NCBI GenBank assembly: GCA_016212705.1
Contig: JACREU010000006.1
Location: forward strand, 25,030 to 89,029
Source of the DNA: Deltaproteobacteria bacterium
Lineage (GTDB): Bacteria > Desulfobacterota > GWC2-55-46
Length of the DNA stretch: 64,000 nt
Direction: 5' to 3'
The notes below the pieces were generated by a model. That model had not been told where the DNA came from and ran no database searches. It saw nothing but the letters and a program-made list of their open reading frames with translations. Each line of letters opens with the position of its first letter. The first letter of the stretch is position 1. Of this stretch, positions 62,926-64,000 are shown one piece after another. A program made the translations under genes and the position numbers.

Positions 62926-63408
62926 ATGTCAGGAGAAATAGTCACGCTGGATTTGCGTACAATGCCCGTATTCGAGAGGCACCCCCGGATATTCGACTCA
63001 TGGGAGGCCCTCTCGCCCGAGGGGGTGCTCCGCATCATACACGACCACGACCCGAAGCCCTTGTGGTATCAGTTCGAGGGTGAATACCAGGACAAGTTCT
63101 CCTGGGATTATGTCTCCACCGGCCCTGAGGAATGGGTGGTGGACATCACCAAGCTTAAAATGGACGAGGCCTCTGGCGAGGAGCTTAAGGCAAAGGTCCA
63201 GTCTGCGCTCGCGGAGGTGCGCCCCTATCTGCAGGCAGACGGCGGGGACGTTGAGCTTGTCGAGATCGACGACAACGAAAAGGTCGTCTCCGTCCGGCTG
63301 ACGGGCGCCTGCGGCGGCTGCCCCTCAGCCGGGATGACGCTCAAGGCCGGGGTCGAATCTACCGTCAAGAAGTTCGCGCCTGAGATTAAGCGGGTGGACG
63401 CGGTATAG
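62926..63408 (+). CDS. DUF2249 domain fused to a NifU C-terminal (Nfu-type) Fe-S carrier domain
   Basis: Start at MSGEIVTLD (AAGGAGG upstream). N-terminal LDLRTMPVFERHPRIFDSWEAL... and C-terminal VRPYLQADGGDVELVEI...GACGGCPS. Confidence 0.82.
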   Translation: MSGEIVTLDLRTMPVFERHPRIFDSWEALSPEGVLRIIHDHDPKPLWYQFEGEYQDKFSWDYVSTGPEEWVVDITKLKMDEASGEELKAKVQSALAEVRPYLQADGGDVELVEIDDNEKVVSVRLTGACGGCPSAGMTLKAGVESTVKKFAPEIKRVDAV

Positions 63409-63432
63409 CCTGCACAACCCTTATAAAAAAAA

Positions 63433-63456
63433 CGCGGGGTCTCCCCCGCGCTTTTC
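63433..63456 (+). terminator. intrinsic terminator after the DUF2249-Nfu gene
   Basis: CGCGGGG-TCTC-CCCCGCG followed by CTTTTC. Confidence 0.7.
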
Positions 63457-63460
63457 AAAA

Positions 63461-63492
63461 CAAAAAGGTCCCTTTCGGGGCCTTTTTGTTTT
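63461..63492. terminator. second hairpin terminator, probably serving the convergent minus-strand gene
   Basis: AAAAAGGTCCC-TTTC-GGGGCCTTTTTGTTTTT. Confidence 0.6.
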
Positions 63493-63550
63493 TCACCCGT
63501 TGCCGGACAGGCAAAATCGTGACGATCCACTCTGGGCGTTCCAGCTCTCC

Positions 63551-63739
63551 TTAATACTTCTTCTCAAGGCAGTCCTCGCGGAAACAACAGTACATCTGGT
63601 CGCAAAACCCGTCCGAGGTCCCGAAACACGGGAAGTTGCCTTCTGCCCTCTGGATCGCCTTGATTATCTCGATTTTTTTAAGCCTTGAGGTCTTTACCCC
63701 GAGCGTCTTTGCAATTGCCCTGACTTCATCCATCAACAT
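63551..63739 (-). CDS. small SAP/Rho-N-like domain protein with Cys-rich C-terminus
   Basis: 62 aa. EVRAIAKTLGVKTSRLKKIEIIKAIQRAEGNFPCFGT..CDQMYCCFREDC resembles a small protein family common in anaerobes. Confidence 0.7.
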   Translation of the reverse strand: MLMDEVRAIAKTLGVKTSRLKKIEIIKAIQRAEGNFPCFGTSDGFCDQMYCCFREDCLEKKY

Positions 63740-63962
63740 CGAACGGCTCCTCCTGTATGTTATGGGCCTCTGCCCTTGAACTCTGTGTGCTGTTGCCGTC
63801 TGCCCGCTCGCGTGCCGCCGCGACCTGATACAATTAGGACACCTTTTAGGGAAACCGTCAACCCCCCCTGGCCTCTTTCAGGCGCTCAAACGGGTTTTAG
63901 GTGGTTCAAAGGGGTGTAAGTATGTTAAACTTGCGGCCAAGGGATACACAAGGAGGTCTCTT

Positions 63963-64000
63963 TTGAGGCTTACATTCGCGGGCGGGGCGTCGACGGTCAC
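63963..64000 (+). CDS. 5-prime end of a probable MBL-fold (beta-CASP-like) hydrolase gene, truncated by the window edge
   Basis: AGGAGG at 63951-56, TTG at 63963, then RLTFAGGASTVT, which resembles the MKxTFLGAAxxVTGS N-termini of this family. Only 12 codons are visible. Confidence 0.4.
   Translation, partial: MRLTFAGGASTV

Overview
GC-rich bacterial chromosomal window with AGG/ATA-rich codon usage. Porin, lipoprotein and c-type cytochrome genes indicate a diderm. The gene content looks like an anaerobic metal- or electrode-respiring lineage (Desulfobacterota- or Nitrospirota-like), but the taxon cannot be assigned from sequence alone. All calls come from reading the ORF translations and the DNA by eye; no database search was run. 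I call about 58 protein genes and one tRNA-Leu(GAG). I saw no rRNA, CRISPR array, transposase, integrase or phage genes. Housekeeping blocks: secG, tRNA-Leu, uvrD/pcrA, an ABC-F ATPase; hemE-hemH-hemY; a DHH-CBS-poly(A) polymerase fusion, an M50 protease, trpS, scpA, scpB, rluB, an endonuclease III-like gene, mutL, miaA, pgsA; iscR-nifS-nifU, mnmA, mtaB, rnc and an ELP3-like radical SAM gene. Signalling: a sigma54 two-component pair, a GGDEF cyclase, two HD-GYP proteins, and a sensor kinase with a periplasmic CXXCH motif. The window has 59 c-type haem-binding motifs. 26 are in one cytochrome built from c7-like modules, next to a putative dihaem-b membrane protein (6851-9806). 32 are in a nine-gene cluster (20525-29732) that interleaves five multihaem cytochromes with two beta-propeller proteins and two HAMP-only membrane proteins and encodes no porin. 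That cluster is my best candidate for an undescribed electron-transfer system. Non-coding structure not explained by genes: a ~90-bp repeat family at three loci, a ~130-bp AT-rich palindromic element in two copies, a G-rich hairpin family in three copies, a 9-bp tandem repeat across the nth-like/mutL junction, and a duplicated tRNA-Leu 3-prime end.
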